64,000 nt of DNA from Antechinus flavipes (taxonomy: Eukaryota): assembly GCF_016432865.1 (NCBI RefSeq), contig NC_067398.1, positions 712,752,001 to 712,816,000 of the forward strand. The letters run 5' to 3'. A program made the translations under genes and the position numbers. Within the stretch, counting starts at the first letter, position 1. Each line of letters starts with the position of its first letter. Below, one piece after another: positions 62,470 through 64,000 of the stretch. Under the pieces are notes generated by a model, which worked only from the letters and a program-made list of their open reading frames with translations, was not told where the DNA came from and ran no database searches.

Positions 62470-62720
62470 AAATACACAGGGCCCGCCACATGTGCCCCAG
62501 GCGCCTGGCAAGCACGAGATGCTCAGGGCCAGATCACTGACAGAATGCGCACCCTGTCCCTTCCTTCTTGGGCTATCGGGAGCTCTGCGAGTAACGCTCC
62601 GAACGCCATCCAAAGTCTTGGCCCGCAGGTTGGTGCTGCTCGCTCTTTAGCAGAACAAGGCTCTGCATGACAAGTCTGATCATGGCAGCGCTGGAAGTGG
62701 GCACCAAACCAGAAAGGAGC
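62470..62720. promoter_or_regulatory. Intronic GC/CpG-rich patch
   Basis: About a dozen CpGs within ~250 bp in an otherwise CpG-poor intron. Confidence 0.35.
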
Positions 62721-62919
62721 AACTGACAAAGAAGCCCCAGCTCACTGCCCTCGTCTCAGGGAGCATCAGCGCCTTCTGACCTCTTGACAATCAAGGAACA
62801 CCCGAAAGAGCAGTCAGGCATCCAGAGCCTCAGAACAAGGGTTTAGGAACCTGGAGGCCCACAGACACACATCTGTCATCTCATGGTCTTCACAAGCCCC
62901 TGGGGTCTGTTGCCCTCCT

Positions 62920-63370
62920 TTCTTCCTGGCCCTCACTCACACATCTTCCCTTCAGACCCTCAATAATCCAACCAACCTGGATTGGCCACCAACTCTTTCC
63001 AGAAATGGGCAGCCCCTAAGTACCTCCCCCAAGCTGTGCCCTCCACCAAGACTCGTTCTTTGACTGGCAGATGCTGGTCAGCTCCAGTTCTGCTTAGCTA
63101 CCCCTTCTTTTAAAAAAGCCTTCCCTGATCCAGCTACCTACTACTTAACCATCCACTCCCCCTCCTCATGTATTCCCACATCACTTGATCCAATCTGAAC
63201 TTTGCCCTTCTCAGCTTTCATCATGCTCATAGATAATACTTCCTACCTCCCATCCTTCTTCCTCCAACCCCCAGAATCTCAGATATTAAGGATAAAACCT
63301 GCCTTGATTTGCCTTTTGAGTTTACTAAGCACCAGGACAGGTTGCCACCTATTAGAGGTGCTTAATAAAC
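62920..63370 (+). mobile_element. L2 3' fragments
   Basis: Pyrimidine-rich L2-like text ending ctattagaggtgcttaataaac. Confidence 0.5.
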
Positions 63371-63539
63371 GGGAAACATGTGGGGATAAACAAGAGGACC
63401 CCAATGAGGGATTCAGGGTCACAAGCTACCGAATATCAACCCCAGAATTAGAACCTAAATTTTCTAGTTCCTCCAGCTGGTCTTTCTAAGACCTCTTGAT
63501 AACTTAAGCACTTTCCCAAGTACTATACACACATAACCT

Positions 63540-63655
63540 ATCACCTGATTCTCACAACCCTGTGATTTAATAGTACAACTATGCAATTATTACTCCTATT
63601 TTATAGATGAGGAAAATTAAGGTTAAATGAAGTCAAAGGATTAGCCTGAGGACAT
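63540..63655 (-). mobile_element. MIR fragment
   Basis: gattctcacaaccctgtg...attattactcctattttatagatgaggaaaattaagg. Confidence 0.7.
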
Positions 63656-64000
63656 TTTAAGCCAATCAACTGATCAAAAAAACATTTACTAAGGGCCTAC
63701 TGTGTGCCTGGCACAATATTAAAGTATCCGGAGGCCACAGCTACCAGAGTCCCTGAGTTTCCAAATGCCATTACAGATCCAAGGTGAAAAGTCTTAAATG
63801 CTCCCAGGATCACAGGATTCTGGACTATCTCAAGCCTTTACCCTTTATAGAAAGGTGGTTTAAAAAAAAAAAAAACCAACATGAAAACAAAAATAGAAAC
63901 CCAAACACCTAAGGGCTAGGGGAAGGATTAAGCTGGGCTGGGTTCCAAGAGAAGGTATCCAAAATACACACGGTGATGCACAAAACCACCCCCATAACAA

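Larger units (their letters stand above)
25915..64000 (-). other. PITPNB: PITPNB gene span, 3' portion (intron 7 to 3' end); 5' exons lie beyond the right edge
   Basis: Five minus-strand coding segments with AG/GT boundaries and phase-0 junctions translate to the C-terminal ~120 aa of class I PITP beta. Confidence 0.97.

Noticed and set aside
49656-64000. PITPNB exon 7 ([28 protein letters not shown]-like)
   Set aside because: Searched by eye on the minus strand and not found. It is presumably beyond position 64000, though it could fall in the 148-N gap.

Overview
Eukaryotic vertebrate DNA from a marsupial, most likely a dasyurid, inferred from WSINE1-, Mar1- and WALLSI-type SINEs, an OC1-type hAT MITE and a marsupial LTR. 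The right 38 kb (about 25915-64000, minus strand) holds the 3' half of PITPNB (phosphatidylinositol transfer protein beta). Visible are coding exons DYKPDEDP...NWK, KDLANN...FIQK and QEKRIF...KELEA, two alternative homologous C-terminal exons (MRKKGTVRGTTAADV* and LRNQGQVRGTSAAQDE*), and a ~1.95 kb 3' UTR with a poly(A) signal. Upstream PITPNB exons are not in the window. Exon numbers follow the human gene from memory. The left 26 kb has no recognisable protein-coding exon. It contains several CpG-rich, motif-dense islands, and in human the next gene on this side is MN1 (synteny inference; MN1 itself is not visible). The rest is a typical marsupial repeat landscape (L1, L2, L3/CR1, MIR, SINEs, two DNA-transposon MITEs, a solo LTR, micro- and minisatellites) plus three N gaps. 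The most interesting leads are the alternative-exon architecture with a perfect TACTAAC, a possible chain of minus-strand exons running from PITPNB toward MN1, the OC1 MITE, a dispersed 33-bp minisatellite, CTCF motifs and fold-back inverted repeats. Repeat family names come from recalled consensus similarity and were not database-checked. Repeat and island boundaries are approximate.
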